Assembly: GCA_029552945.1 (NCBI GenBank)
Contig: JAKPDD010000046.1
Coordinates: 8,366-72,365, forward strand
Direction: 5' to 3'
DNA from: Spirochaetota bacterium
Lineage (GTDB): Bacteria; Spirochaetota; GWB1-36-13; JAKPDD01
DNA length: 64,000 nucleotides
Position numbers and translations under genes: made by a program. Of the stretch, positions 1-8,905 are shown piece after piece (within the stretch, counting starts at the first letter, position 1; every line of letters begins with the position of its first letter). Under the pieces are notes generated by a model. It was not told the DNA's origin. It made no database searches and saw only the letters and a list, made by a program, of their open reading frames with translations.

Positions 1-338
1 TAATACTTTTGGGAATAGTTGTAAATAATGGTATAGTTTTGATAGACTATACTAAACAGTTAAGAGAAAAACATGGTTTTGGCCTATTTGAGGCAATAAT
101 TGAGGCTGGTAAAACAAGATTAAGACCTGTTTTAATGACGAGTTTGACAACTATTGTTGGGATGATGCCTTTAGCACTTAAGACAGGATCAGGCAGTGAA
201 GTAAAACCTATGGCTGTTACAATAATAGGTGGACTTACTGTGTCAACTATACTTACACTTATATTTCTTCCTACTCTCTATTCTATAGTAGAGTCTTATA
301 TAATAAGAAGAAGAAGGGAAAAATTGGAGGGTAAATAG
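1..338 (+). CDS. RND (AcrB/HAE1-type) efflux transporter inner-membrane subunit, C-terminal fragment. The gene starts upstream of the window; the ORF track begins it at a TTG at position 9, but the frame is open back to position 1.
   Basis: The translation ...RLRPVLMTSLTTIVGMMPLALKTGSGSEVKPMAVTIIGGLTVSTILTLIFLPTLY matches the highly conserved C-terminal TM11-12 segment of AcrB-family pumps. The frame is open to the window edge. Confidence 0.8.
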   Translation, partial: ILLGIVVNNGIVLIDYTKQLREKHGFGLFEAIIEAGKTRLRPVLMTSLTTIVGMMPLALKTGSGSEVKPMAVTIIGGLTVSTILTLIFLPTLYSIVESYIIRRRREKLEGK

Positions 339-638
339 ATGTTAAAAAATAGAAAGTGTTACTATTGTAATGGTGAACTTGAGATAATAAAAGAGGGTTA
401 TACAATAACTGATTTTTGCACTACTACAAGTAATAAAAAGTGTTATGAATCTGTTGAGACAGTAAAAACATATCTTTGTAGATGTAATTTGTGTAAAAAA
501 GATGAGATAATAAAAGAGGAAGAACCAACTTTTATAAGTTTAGATGATGTTTATAAAGCTATAAAAGAGGATAAAATATTCAGTAATAATCCAGAAATAA
601 GTGTCCTAGTTAAGATAATACAAAGACTTATTGTTTAG
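339..638 (+). CDS. Small Cys-rich protein with a YgiT/MqsA-like zinc-ribbon motif (CYYCNGEL ... CRCNLC).
   Basis: 99 aa. It has CxxC...CxCxxC spacing with a G-E after the first CxxC, resembling YgiT-type zinc fingers. No HTH domain follows. The start is 1 nt after the RND stop, and it sits 9 nt upstream of the TolC-like gene. Confidence 0.35.
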   Translation: MLKNRKCYYCNGELEIIKEGYTITDFCTTTSNKKCYESVETVKTYLCRCNLCKKDEIIKEEEPTFISLDDVYKAIKEDKIFSNNPEISVLVKIIQRLIV

Positions 639-647
639 GAGATTTTT

Positions 648-2081
648 ATGAAAAGATATTTACTATTGTTAATTTTGCCTGTTTTTTTATACTCAAAACC
701 TGTAAAAATTGATGAGTTTGTAAAATCATATATTGAAAACAGCTATAAGATAAAACAGGAAAAAGAATTATTGAACCAATCACTTGCTGATATAATGAGA
801 GCAAATGCTATTGATGATATATATCTTTATGGGAATACAGGATATACATACTCTAAGGGTGGTGGTAAGGATAGTTTAATACCTACTGAAAAATCAAACT
901 CATACTCCCTTATTGCTGGCCTTTCTAAAGCATTCTCTGATACTGGTACAAGGGTCAAGGTTGATACAAGTCTTGTTAGAGTAAACTCAGAGACAGGGCT
1001 CTCAATGTATTCAGCATTTATTCCTCAACTTGCAGTATTTGCAGGCCAGGAAAAAACTTTTTATATGAACTCAATAAAGTTTTCAGTGACTCAACCATTA
1101 CTTAAGAATTTTTTTGGTCTTGTAGATAGGTATCCACTTGAGGCATCTAAACTAGGAAAAGATATAAGAGAGATTATGAATGAAGAGTCTTTTGAGAAAG
1201 AGATAACATCTGCTATATCATTGTATTTAAGATGGTTATTTTTAAGTAAACAGATAAAATTGGTTGAGGAGATAATAAATGAAAACAGGGATGTATTTAA
1301 ACAAGCTGAAGAAATGGTAAAGAGTGGTATATCAAGTAAAGCAGACCTTGAAACTGCAAGGGTTGGTATATTAATGTATGAAAGAACACTTTTTGAAGTT
1401 AAAAAGGCTTATGAAACTCTTGTTGAAGAAATAAAAAAGTATTATAATCTTTCGGATGATGATTATCCTGCTGAAATTGAGGTATTTGATAAGAGTATTA
1501 GTAATAATTATAATATTGATAATTTAAGACTGGTTAAGCTTGTGGATAAATATATTTCCCAGGTTTCCCTATCACTTTCTATTGCAAAAAATAAGAGACT
1601 TCCATCCCTTGATCTTATTGGGTCTTATACTCTGTATGGGAGTGCTGATAGTTTAAGTAAATCGTATTCCAATATTTCGACTTCTGAGTTTTTTATAGGT
1701 ATCCAATTATCGCTACCTATATTTGACTTTGATGTTAGAGGTGAGATTAAAAAATGGGAGTCTGAATATCAGAGGTTACAACTTGAAAAAGAGAAAACTT
1801 TAAAAGATATCAATACCTTAGCAATTTCTTTATTTAATAGTCTTAACAATACTAAGATTATTATAGATAAACAGAGAGAGTATATAAAATCTCTTGAAAT
1901 AAAATTGGGTTATCAAAGGGATCAATATAGACAAGGAATTTTACCTTTAGCTGAAGTTGTAAGAACATCATCTGATCTTTCAAATGCAAAACTTGCTTTA
2001 ACAAATTATATAGTTGAATATCAAACAACGTATTATAATTATCTTGATTTAATTGATAAATTATCAGGTGATTTTTTTTAG
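648..2081 (+). CDS. Outer membrane efflux protein (TolC/OEP family).
   Basis: 477 aa with a signal peptide (MKRYLLLLILPVFLYS). It has a two-repeat coiled-coil/beta architecture typical of OEPs (SLSIAKNKRLPSLDLIGSYTLYGS) and lies directly downstream of the RND gene. Confidence 0.7.
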   Translation: MKRYLLLLILPVFLYSKPVKIDEFVKSYIENSYKIKQEKELLNQSLADIMRANAIDDIYLYGNTGYTYSKGGGKDSLIPTEKSNSYSLIAGLSKAFSDTGTRVKVDTSLVRVNSETGLSMYSAFIPQLAVFAGQEKTFYMNSIKFSVTQPLLKNFFGLVDRYPLEASKLGKDIREIMNEESFEKEITSAISLYLRWLFLSKQIKLVEEIINENRDVFKQAEEMVKSGISSKADLETARVGILMYERTLFEVKKAYETLVEEIKKYYNLSDDDYPAEIEVFDKSISNNYNIDNLRLVKLVDKYISQVSLSLSIAKNKRLPSLDLIGSYTLYGSADSLSKSYSNISTSEFFIGIQLSLPIFDFDVRGEIKKWESEYQRLQLEKEKTLKDINTLAISLFNSLNNTKIIIDKQREYIKSLEIKLGYQRDQYRQGILPLAEVVRTSSDLSNAKLALTNYIVEYQTTYYNYLDLIDKLSGDFF

Positions 2082-2082
2082 T

Positions 2083-2118
2083 AAAAAGGCCCCATTTTTT
2101 AAATAAAATGGGGTTTTT
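2083..2118. terminator. Bidirectional rho-independent terminator between the convergent TolC-like (+) and MBL hydrolase (-) genes.
   Basis: A perfect 9-bp stem, ccccatttt (2090-2098) paired with aaaatgggg (2105-2113), with a 6-nt loop. It is followed by T5 on the plus strand and by a T-run on the minus strand. Confidence 0.7.
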
Positions 2119-2136
2119 AAAATTTTATAAAATAAA

Positions 2137-2751
2137 TCATATTAAAAATGGGTTATGATCTTTTTCAAAACCTATTGTTGTCTCTTCCATATGCCCAGGG
2201 TATACTATTGTATCAGGTGGTAGTTTAAGTAGTTTTTCTCTTATACTCTTGATAAGAGTTGCATAATCACCACCAGGAAAGTCTGTTCTTCCTATTGATT
2301 GTCTGAAAAGTGTGTCTCCAGAGAAGAGCATATTATTAATATAGAAACATAAACCACCAGGTGTATGCCCTGGAGTACTTATTACTTTTATCTTTGTGTT
2401 TTTAAACTCTATAGTATCCGAGTCTTTTAATACTTCAACATCGTATTTATAAACATAATTATAGCCTAAAAAATAGGATAGATTCTTTTTTGAGTCAAAT
2501 AAAAAATCTTTATCAAGTTCACTTATATAGACTTTTGTATTTATCATTTCTTTTATTTTATTTAATGCCATTATGTGATCTATGTGCCCGTGAGTAAGTA
2601 ATATAAACTCTATTTTTTTATTTCCTACTTCATTTATTATATATTCAGCCTCATCGCCAGGGTCTATTATAAAGACAGATTCTTCATTTCCTACAATGTA
2701 ACAATTTACACCCATATCACCGACAATAATTCTATTTACAAAAATGTCCAT
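2137..2751 (-). CDS. MBL-fold metallo-hydrolase (glyoxalase II-like).
   Basis: 204 aa with the HxHxDH metal-binding motif (LLTHGHIDHIMA) and downstream His/Asp residues typical of metallo-beta-lactamase superfamily hydrolases. Confidence 0.75.
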   Translation of the reverse strand: MDIFVNRIIVGDMGVNCYIVGNEESVFIIDPGDEAEYIINEVGNKKIEFILLTHGHIDHIMALNKIKEMINTKVYISELDKDFLFDSKKNLSYFLGYNYVYKYDVEVLKDSDTIEFKNTKIKVISTPGHTPGGLCFYINNMLFSGDTLFRQSIGRTDFPGGDYATLIKSIREKLLKLPPDTIVYPGHMEETTIGFEKDHNPFLI

Positions 2752-2773
2752 AATATTATATCCCTGTTATTTG

Positions 2774-4165
2774 TTATATGTCAAGATTTATACTAAAACT
2801 CTTAGTAAAAAATTCTTTCAAAGAGTTTATTGAGACTCTTTCCTGTTTCATAGTATCCCTGTTTCTGACTGTTACTGTATTGTCTTCAAGGCTCTGAAAG
2901 TCAACAGTTATACAGTAAGGTGTACCTATCTCATCCTGTCTTCTGTAGAGTTTACCTATACTTGCAGTATCGTCATATATAACATTAAAATCACCTATAA
3001 GAGATTTGAGAATTTTTTTTGCAACCTCAACGATTCTTGGCTCATTTTTCTTTAATGGAAATACTGCAACCTGTATTGGTGCAATATATGGAGCAAGTTT
3101 TAATACTACTCTCTCTGTCCCGTCCTGAAGTTTTTCAACAGTATAAGCGTCAACGAGTACAGTAAGCAGTGTTCTGTCAACACCAAATGATGGTTCAACA
3201 ACATAAGGTATATACTTTTTATTCTTTTTTTCATCAAAGTATATAAGGTCTTCATTGCTATGTTGTGAGTGGTTGGATAAATCAAAGTCTGTTCTTGATG
3301 CAATACCTTCAAGCTCACCCCAACCAAAAGGAAACTTATACTCTATATCTATTGTCCTATTAGAATAGTGTGCAAGTTCATCTTTTGAGTGCTCTCTTTT
3401 TCTTAGATTTTCATCTTTTATACCTAAAATTTTAGTAAAAAATTTCATAGAATAATCTACCCAGTGTTCAAGGTGTTCCATTTCAGTGCCTGGTTCAACA
3501 AAGTATTCTATCTCCATCTGTTCAAACTCTCTTGTTCTAAAAATAAAGTTTCCGGGAGTTATTTCATTCCTGAAAGCCTTACCTATCTGTCCTACCCCAA
3601 ATGGTATCTTTTTTCTTGATGAGTTTAGAACAGACTTAAAGTTTATAAATATACCCTGTGCAGTCTCAGGTCTTAAATAAACAATGTTTGCTGCCTCTTC
3701 TACTGGCCCCTGGTATGTCTTGAACATAAGATTAAAAAACCTTATTGTTGTAAAATCTTTTGCACCACATGTTGGACACTTTATATTCTGGTTATTCTGT
3801 ATTATCTGATTTAACTCCTCATTTTTCATTCCGGCAGTTGATATACCAAGTATGTTTTCTATAAGATGGTCGGCTCTAAACCTTTCTTTACATTTTTTAC
3901 AATCAACAAGTGGATCATGAAAGTTTTTAACATGCCCTGATGCTTCCCAAACTCTTGGGTGCATGAGTATAGCAGAATCAAGTCCTACCATATCTTCTCT
4001 ATTATGTATAAAAAACTTCCACCAGACTTTTTTTATATTATTTTTAAGTTCAACTCCCAATGGGCCATAGTCCCATGTGCTTGCAAGTCCACCATATATT
4101 TGAGAGTTTTGGAATATTATCCCCCTGTTTTTACAAAGATTTACAACCTCTTTCATTATATCCAT
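2774..4165 (-). CDS. glyQS: Glycine--tRNA ligase, dimeric alpha2 (eukaryote/archaeal-like) type.
   Basis: 463 aa. The N-terminus MDIMKEVVNLCKNRGIIFQNSQIYGGLASTWDYGPLGVELKNNIKK and class II motifs match alpha2-type GlyRS, as found in spirochaetes and other lineages. Confidence 0.9.
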   Translation of the reverse strand: MDIMKEVVNLCKNRGIIFQNSQIYGGLASTWDYGPLGVELKNNIKKVWWKFFIHNREDMVGLDSAILMHPRVWEASGHVKNFHDPLVDCKKCKERFRADHLIENILGISTAGMKNEELNQIIQNNQNIKCPTCGAKDFTTIRFFNLMFKTYQGPVEEAANIVYLRPETAQGIFINFKSVLNSSRKKIPFGVGQIGKAFRNEITPGNFIFRTREFEQMEIEYFVEPGTEMEHLEHWVDYSMKFFTKILGIKDENLRKREHSKDELAHYSNRTIDIEYKFPFGWGELEGIASRTDFDLSNHSQHSNEDLIYFDEKKNKKYIPYVVEPSFGVDRTLLTVLVDAYTVEKLQDGTERVVLKLAPYIAPIQVAVFPLKKNEPRIVEVAKKILKSLIGDFNVIYDDTASIGKLYRRQDEIGTPYCITVDFQSLEDNTVTVRNRDTMKQERVSINSLKEFFTKSFSINLDI

Positions 4166-4178
4166 TATTTCCTCTCCT

Positions 4179-5399
4179 TTATTTTACACTGTCCATATTT
4201 TTAACAATCTGTTCTGCGAACTGACTACATTTTAATTCTTTTGCACCCTCCATTCCTCTTGCAAGGTCGTATGTTACACTCTTTTCAAGTATTGTTTTTT
4301 GAAGTGCTTTTTCTATAATATCTGCAGCTTCATTAAATCCTAAGAATTCAAGCATCATTTTTGCTGAGAGTATAAGTGAAGATGGATTTACTTTATCAAG
4401 ACCTGCGTATTTTGGTGCTGTTCCATGTGTTGCTTCAAATACTGCTGTCTTCTCACCTATATTTGCCCCAGGTGCCATCCCAAGCCCACCAACAAGTGCT
4501 GCAGCAGCATCGGATATATAATCACCATTAAGGTTTGTTGTTGCAATAACATCATAGTTTTGAGGTGATATTATTATTTGCTGGAACATGTTATCAGCAA
4601 TCCTGTCATTAATCATTATTTTTTTATTGTTTGGTTCCTCATTTTCAAAGTATACATAATCTGAAAACTCATTTTTTGCAACATTATATCCCCAGTTTTT
4701 AAAAGCACCTTCTGTAAACTTCATAATATTACCTTTATGCATTAGAGTAACTGACCTTCTATTATTTTTTATAGCATACTCTATAGCCATTCTTACAAGT
4801 CTTTTGCTCCCATATTCACTTACTGGTTTTATTCCTATTCCAGAATCTTCTCTTATCTTTTTATTTGATATTGACATAACAAAGTCAATAACTTTTTTAG
4901 CTTCCGGAGTTAATGATGCCCATTCTATTCCGGTATATATATCTTCAGTATTTTCTCTAAAAATAACCATATCAACAGACGGATTTTTAAGGGGTGATGG
5001 CACACCCTCATAATATTTAACAGGTCTTATACAAGCGTAGAGGTCAAAAACCTGCCTTAATGTTACATTTAAACTCCTGAAACCACCTCCAACCGGTGTT
5101 GTTAATGGTCCCTTTATAGCAATATTATACTCTTTTAAGAACTCAACACTTTTTTCTGGGAGATAATCACCTGTCTCTTTATAAGCCTTTTCACCTGCAA
5201 GTATCTCAACCCATGCTATTTTTACGTTAGAATAGCATTTCTTTAATGCTTCATCAACTACAAGTTTTGTAGCAGGCCATATATCAATCCCTGTTCCATC
5301 CCCTTCAATAAAAAGTATTATAGGATTATTATTTTTTAAAGCTTTGCCGTTTTTTATTTCAACTTTCTGACCAAAAGATGGTATACTATAGTAACTCAT
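4179..5399 (-). CDS. icd: NADP-dependent isocitrate dehydrogenase (homodimeric type).
   Basis: 406 aa. The motifs [31 protein letters not shown] and [27 protein letters not shown] are typical of prokaryotic ICDH. Confidence 0.9.
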   Translation of the reverse strand: MSYYSIPSFGQKVEIKNGKALKNNNPIILFIEGDGTGIDIWPATKLVVDEALKKCYSNVKIAWVEILAGEKAYKETGDYLPEKSVEFLKEYNIAIKGPLTTPVGGGFRSLNVTLRQVFDLYACIRPVKYYEGVPSPLKNPSVDMVIFRENTEDIYTGIEWASLTPEAKKVIDFVMSISNKKIREDSGIGIKPVSEYGSKRLVRMAIEYAIKNNRRSVTLMHKGNIMKFTEGAFKNWGYNVAKNEFSDYVYFENEEPNNKKIMINDRIADNMFQQIIISPQNYDVIATTNLNGDYISDAAAALVGGLGMAPGANIGEKTAVFEATHGTAPKYAGLDKVNPSSLILSAKMMLEFLGFNEAADIIEKALQKTILEKSVTYDLARGMEGAKELKCSQFAEQIVKNMDSVK

Positions 5400-5485
5400 A
5401 TTTTTTACTCCTCTTTAAAATTGCATTTAAAAATTAATTATAAAACTAAGAAATTACTATAAAATTTTAAGAATTAAAAAATTTA

Positions 5486-6598
5486 CTAGTAGTATGTGAA
5501 TAAAAATATATATAGAAAGCTAAATAGCAATCCGTAAAGTATTCCATATTTATATATCTTTTTAGTTTTAAGAGTTTCCCAGACTAATATTAAACCAAGA
5601 CATGAGAAAGCTATAATAAATGATATAATAAATGAAGTTAAAAAGTCAGCACTGTACCCTATAAGTTCTACTATAGATTGATTATCTTTTATCTTTTTAT
5701 ATAACAGTACAAGATGAAACCAGTATACAAGAAGACTGTAACTACCAAACTTTTCTATTATTTTAAAGCTTTTCTGGTGCTTTAAAGAGACTATATTAAA
5801 TAAAAATACTATTAGTATCACAAGTGAAAACTTAAGTGCAAAAAATGAATATGATGTTTTTGAGTTTTCATTTAATAAAAAGTAGAATAGTATTGCTGAT
5901 ACTATAGATGTTATTAAAGAGTATTTTACTACTTTATTTGAAAAAGAGATTTCATTATTTTCTTTATGGATAAAGTATAAATATCCAAAAAAAGTTCCCA
6001 ATAATATATAGCTTAACCATGGAAATATTGGAAAAAGAGAGTAGTTTATATCTTTTATGTATACAAGTATAGGGACTGGTAAAAAATCTAATTTTAGTTT
6101 ATTGACAATTGGTGTTGCGAAAAATATAATAGTTCCAACTATCAAAATAGAATAGGAATATATTTTATCATTAGATATAAGAGTTCTTAGTAATAATATT
6201 ATTAATAATCCTAGTCCTATACACTGAAGTACGTCAATGCCGTAAAACTTTAACCATTGATCTTCAGAGGTATAACGGAGGATATTGTGAAGACTTGGAT
6301 ATGGCAAGTGAAGTGAGTAACCAAGTACAAAGAGTAATAATATTTTACCAAGTGTTTTCCAGAATGGTTTTCTAAGTTTTCTAAGATCATCCTTTTTGTT
6401 TATTGTTGTTATAAAAAAAGTGAACCCAGAAACAAAGAGAAATAATGGGGCAACAAGTCCATTAAAAAAGGTGATTATGTCATAAAATATGTTTTTTCTT
6501 AAATCAAGTTTTAATATAGAGTTAAGAACATGGGTCTCTATCATGAAAAGAGTAGCTATACCGCGGCTTATGTCTATAAAGTTATATCTTCTATTCAT
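5486..6598 (-). CDS. Polytopic membrane protein, DUF1624/acyltransferase-3-like.
   Basis: 370 aa with about 10 predicted TM helices. The N-terminal R-x-x-F-I-D-x-x-R-G-x-A-x-x-x-M-x-x-x-H signature (RYNFIDISRGIATLFMIETHV) is typical of the DUF1624/heparan N-acetyltransferase-like family. Confidence 0.45.
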   Translation of the reverse strand: MNRRYNFIDISRGIATLFMIETHVLNSILKLDLRKNIFYDIITFFNGLVAPLFLFVSGFTFFITTINKKDDLRKLRKPFWKTLGKILLLFVLGYSLHLPYPSLHNILRYTSEDQWLKFYGIDVLQCIGLGLLIILLLRTLISNDKIYSYSILIVGTIIFFATPIVNKLKLDFLPVPILVYIKDINYSLFPIFPWLSYILLGTFFGYLYFIHKENNEISFSNKVVKYSLITSIVSAILFYFLLNENSKTSYSFFALKFSLVILIVFLFNIVSLKHQKSFKIIEKFGSYSLLVYWFHLVLLYKKIKDNQSIVELIGYSADFLTSFIISFIIAFSCLGLILVWETLKTKKIYKYGILYGLLFSFLYIFLFTYY

Positions 6599-6630
6599 TG
6601 ATTTTTTTACTGATTTTTTTGATCATTAAG

Positions 6631-6703
6631 TGGAGATAAGGGGAATTGAACCCCTGGCCGCCTGCGTGCAAAGCAGATGCTCTCCCAGCTGAGCTATATC
6701 CCC
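6631..6703 (-). tRNA. tRNA-Ala (anticodon TGC). Not in the ORF track.
   Basis: The reverse complement reads GGGGATATAGCTCAGCTGGGAGAGCATCTGCTTTGCACGCAGGCGGCCAGGGGTTCAATTCCCCTTATCTCCA. It has a cloverleaf with a GGGGATA/TATCTCC acceptor (G3:U70 wobble, characteristic of tRNA-Ala), a GCTC/GAGC D-stem, an anticodon loop TTTGCAC, and a T-arm GGGG-TTCAATT-CCCC. No CCA is encoded. Confidence 0.85.
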
Positions 6704-6877
6704 ATCTGTAGTATTAAAATTTATAAACAAAATTTAAAAAAACAAAATTTTTAATTTTGTTGAATTGAAAATATAGATAAAATTCATTTTTGAAAATAAC
6801 CATAAGATAATGGAATGGTTTATAGTTATTTAAAAAGAGGATTTTAATAATTAAGATGTTTATAATAATTAAAATGT

Positions 6878-7519
6878 TTATAATGATAATATCGGATTTA
6901 AAAAATCTGTTACATTGTCTGAAACAATTATATCTTTAAAATATGTCTTAAATAAGTTAAAAGTATCGTTTTCTATTTCGTTATTCTCTTTAAAAAATCT
7001 ATTATAAAAAATTCCAATTATTTTTATATTTTTTGTCTTTAATGCTTCAAAAGTAAGTAAAGTGTGGTTTATACTACCTAATCTAGGATTTGACACAATT
7101 ATTACAGGTAGTTTTTCCTTTTTGATCCATTCTATAGTAAAAAAGTTTTCTCTTATTGGAACGTATACTCCTCCGGCCCCCTCTATTAATACGTAATCAT
7201 AATTTTTTAAAAGAATATCTATATTTTTTTCTACAATAAAAGTATCAATTACATTATTTTCTAACCTGGCTGCTAAATGGGGAGAAGATGGAAATTTAAA
7301 TACATAAGGGCATGTTAAACCTTCAATATCTTCTTTTAGGGTATCTATTCCCATTATTTTCCTATGTGTGATAATATCTTCTGAAATATTATCTTTGTTT
7401 CCAGTCTGTATAAATTTGAATGTTATTACTCTCTTATATTTCATAATCTCTTTACCAAGTAGACCAGTAAAAAATGTTTTTCCAACCCCTGTGTCTATTC
7501 CAGTTATAAATATTTTCAT
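6878..7519 (-). CDS. bioD: Dethiobiotin synthetase.
   Basis: 213 aa. It has the N-terminal P-loop FITGIDTGVGKTFFTGLL and the conserved EGAGG motif. It lies at the end of the bio gene cluster. Confidence 0.85.
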   Translation of the reverse strand: MKIFITGIDTGVGKTFFTGLLGKEIMKYKRVITFKFIQTGNKDNISEDIITHRKIMGIDTLKEDIEGLTCPYVFKFPSSPHLAARLENNVIDTFIVEKNIDILLKNYDYVLIEGAGGVYVPIRENFFTIEWIKKEKLPVIIVSNPRLGSINHTLLTFEALKTKNIKIIGIFYNRFFKENNEIENDTFNLFKTYFKDIIVSDNVTDFLNPILSL

Positions 7520-8241
7520 TTTTTTGCCCTTAAAATAAAATATAATGGATGGTATGTAAGAGTGGTTTCTTTTTCTAATCTGTAATATTTTAAAAGATTA
7601 GGTAAAACTTCGTTTTTGTTGTATTTTATAGCATTTACACCTGTTGCTTTTATATGGTTGAATAATTCTTTGTATGAATTGAATCTTATTATTATTTTAT
7701 TTTCTTTAATATCTATAATATCAAACATTTCGTAAAAAAATGATTCTATTTCTTCTATTGTGTAGTAATTAATTGATGGCATGCCTATTTCTCTAAGTTC
7801 TATAAAGTTTTCAGGACCAAATGTTGTAAATGCAAGAATTCCATTATCGTCTAATGATTGGAATATTTTTTCAAACATTTTTTTATAGTCATTTATCCAT
7901 TGAAATGTTGCATTTGAGATAACAAGGTTATTATTTGATGGGAACTGAATATATTCACAATCTCCTTTAATAAAATTGACTCTTTCATCTATGCATACAT
8001 ATTTTTTACAGTCTACAATATCGTTTGCTATCAGGGTTTTGAAATCTATTTTTTTTATTATTTTTTTTGTTAGGGTTCCTGTACCACAACCTATTTCAAA
8101 TATTTTATTAAATCTTTTGAATACTTCTATGTAATCAATTAACTTGTCAGCCATTATTTTTTGTACTATAGCATTTTTATCATATAAAACAAGTGAATTA
8201 AAAAACCTTTTTTCAATAAGTGTTTTATCCATAAACTTCAC
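7516..8241 (-). CDS. bioC: Malonyl-ACP O-methyltransferase (BioC-like class I SAM methyltransferase).
   Basis: 241 aa with SAM motif I IFEIGCGTGTLTKKII. It sits between the bioG/H-like gene and bioD, and its stop overlaps the bioD start (ATGA). Confidence 0.65.
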   Translation of the reverse strand: MKFMDKTLIEKRFFNSLVLYDKNAIVQKIMADKLIDYIEVFKRFNKIFEIGCGTGTLTKKIIKKIDFKTLIANDIVDCKKYVCIDERVNFIKGDCEYIQFPSNNNLVISNATFQWINDYKKMFEKIFQSLDDNGILAFTTFGPENFIELREIGMPSINYYTIEEIESFFYEMFDIIDIKENKIIIRFNSYKELFNHIKATGVNAIKYNKNEVLPNLLKYYRLEKETTLTYHPLYFILRAKK

Positions 8242-8905
8242 CTATTATCTCATTCCATGACATCCATTTGTAAAAAGGAAAATGCCCTGACTCTATTAGT
8301 TTAAACTCTATATTAAAATCCTTATAAAATCTTTTTTGATTCAAACTGAATACAATTTTATCTTTAGAAGATATTATAGCTTTATTTATAAAGCCTTCTT
8401 TAAACTCAAAACTTATAAGTGAAAGTTTTTTAAGTTCCTCCTTTATGTCGTTAAAATCTCTACTGACTGAAAAATACTCATAAAAGTTCTTAAACTCCTC
8501 CTCTTTTATAAACATATTTTTATAAAACTCTATTATATTTTTTTTATCAAGATTCTCTAATGTTTTTGTAAATATTACTGGATGGATGCCATATTTTTCT
8601 GAGATCATAAAAGGTGTCCCATTTATTGCTATAGATTTAATATTTTTAAGGCTATCAAAAAAACCCTTTTTAAATAGTATAGAGCTTACAGCAACACCAA
8701 AAGAGAAGGAAATTATAAATATCTCTTTATAATCCCTCTTTAGATTAATACTACCATAATTATCAATATTCTGGTAGTTGTAGAACATTAGGATATCAAA
8801 GTTTTTTTTATCCAAAAATAAAAATGGTTTTTCATCAAGCCCCCAACCGTTAAAAAAGATTATAAGATTATCATTTCCCTCTTTATTTAGCCATATTTCT
8901 TTCAT
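8225..8905 (-). CDS. Pimeloyl-ACP methyl ester esterase candidate (BioG/DUF452-like small alpha/beta hydrolase).
   Basis: 226 aa. The N-terminus NLIIFFNGWGLDEKPF and a nucleophile elbow-like ISFSFGVAVSS are consistent with it. Its position between bioF and bioC is where bioH/bioG-type esterases are usually encoded. Confidence 0.45.
   Translation of the reverse strand: MKEIWLNKEGNDNLIIFFNGWGLDEKPFLFLDKKNFDILMFYNYQNIDNYGSINLKRDYKEIFIISFSFGVAVSSILFKKGFFDSLKNIKSIAINGTPFMISEKYGIHPVIFTKTLENLDKKNIIEFYKNMFIKEEEFKNFYEYFSVSRDFNDIKEELKKLSLISFEFKEGFINKAIISSKDKIVFSLNQKRFYKDFNIEFKLIESGHFPFYKWMSWNEIIGEVYG

Noticed and set aside
339-638. The YgiT/MqsA-type zinc finger as the antitoxin of an MqsR/MqsA toxin-antitoxin pair.
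   Set aside because: The protein lacks the C-terminal HTH-XRE domain of MqsA. No MqsR-like small ORF is adjacent; its neighbours are RND and TolC genes. Only the zinc-ribbon resemblance holds.
3106-3327. Short ORFs inside or antisense to well-supported genes (3106-3327, 3486-3680, 3959-4204, 4804-5013, 10773-10964, 11649-11906, 12139-12324, 13184-13435, 13362-13670, 14208-14441, 16650-16838, 18378-18614, 19080-19370, 20591-20776, 24663-24866, 25755-25952, 26609-26980, 27088-27342, 28135-28419, 30563-30775, 32291-32476, 33558-33782, 34096-34290, 34460-34684, 38418-39202, 40125-40921, 41576-41797, 44144-45181, 45261-45446, 46551-47973, 49102-49320, 51120-51314, 54196-54402, 55395-55577, 56319-56504, 59234-59437, 59893-60168, 61050-61277, 62247-62495, 63476-63694).
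   Set aside because: All lie within, mostly antisense to, long ORFs with clear homology. They have low-complexity, AT-codon-biased translations (Ile/Leu/Phe/Ser/Lys runs) typical of spurious frames in AT-rich DNA.
6704-6877. Direct duplication atgtttataat...atgtttataat upstream of bioD.
   Set aside because: It is an 11-nt repeat in an extremely AT-rich spacer and is expected by chance. There is no surrounding structure or conservation to suggest function.
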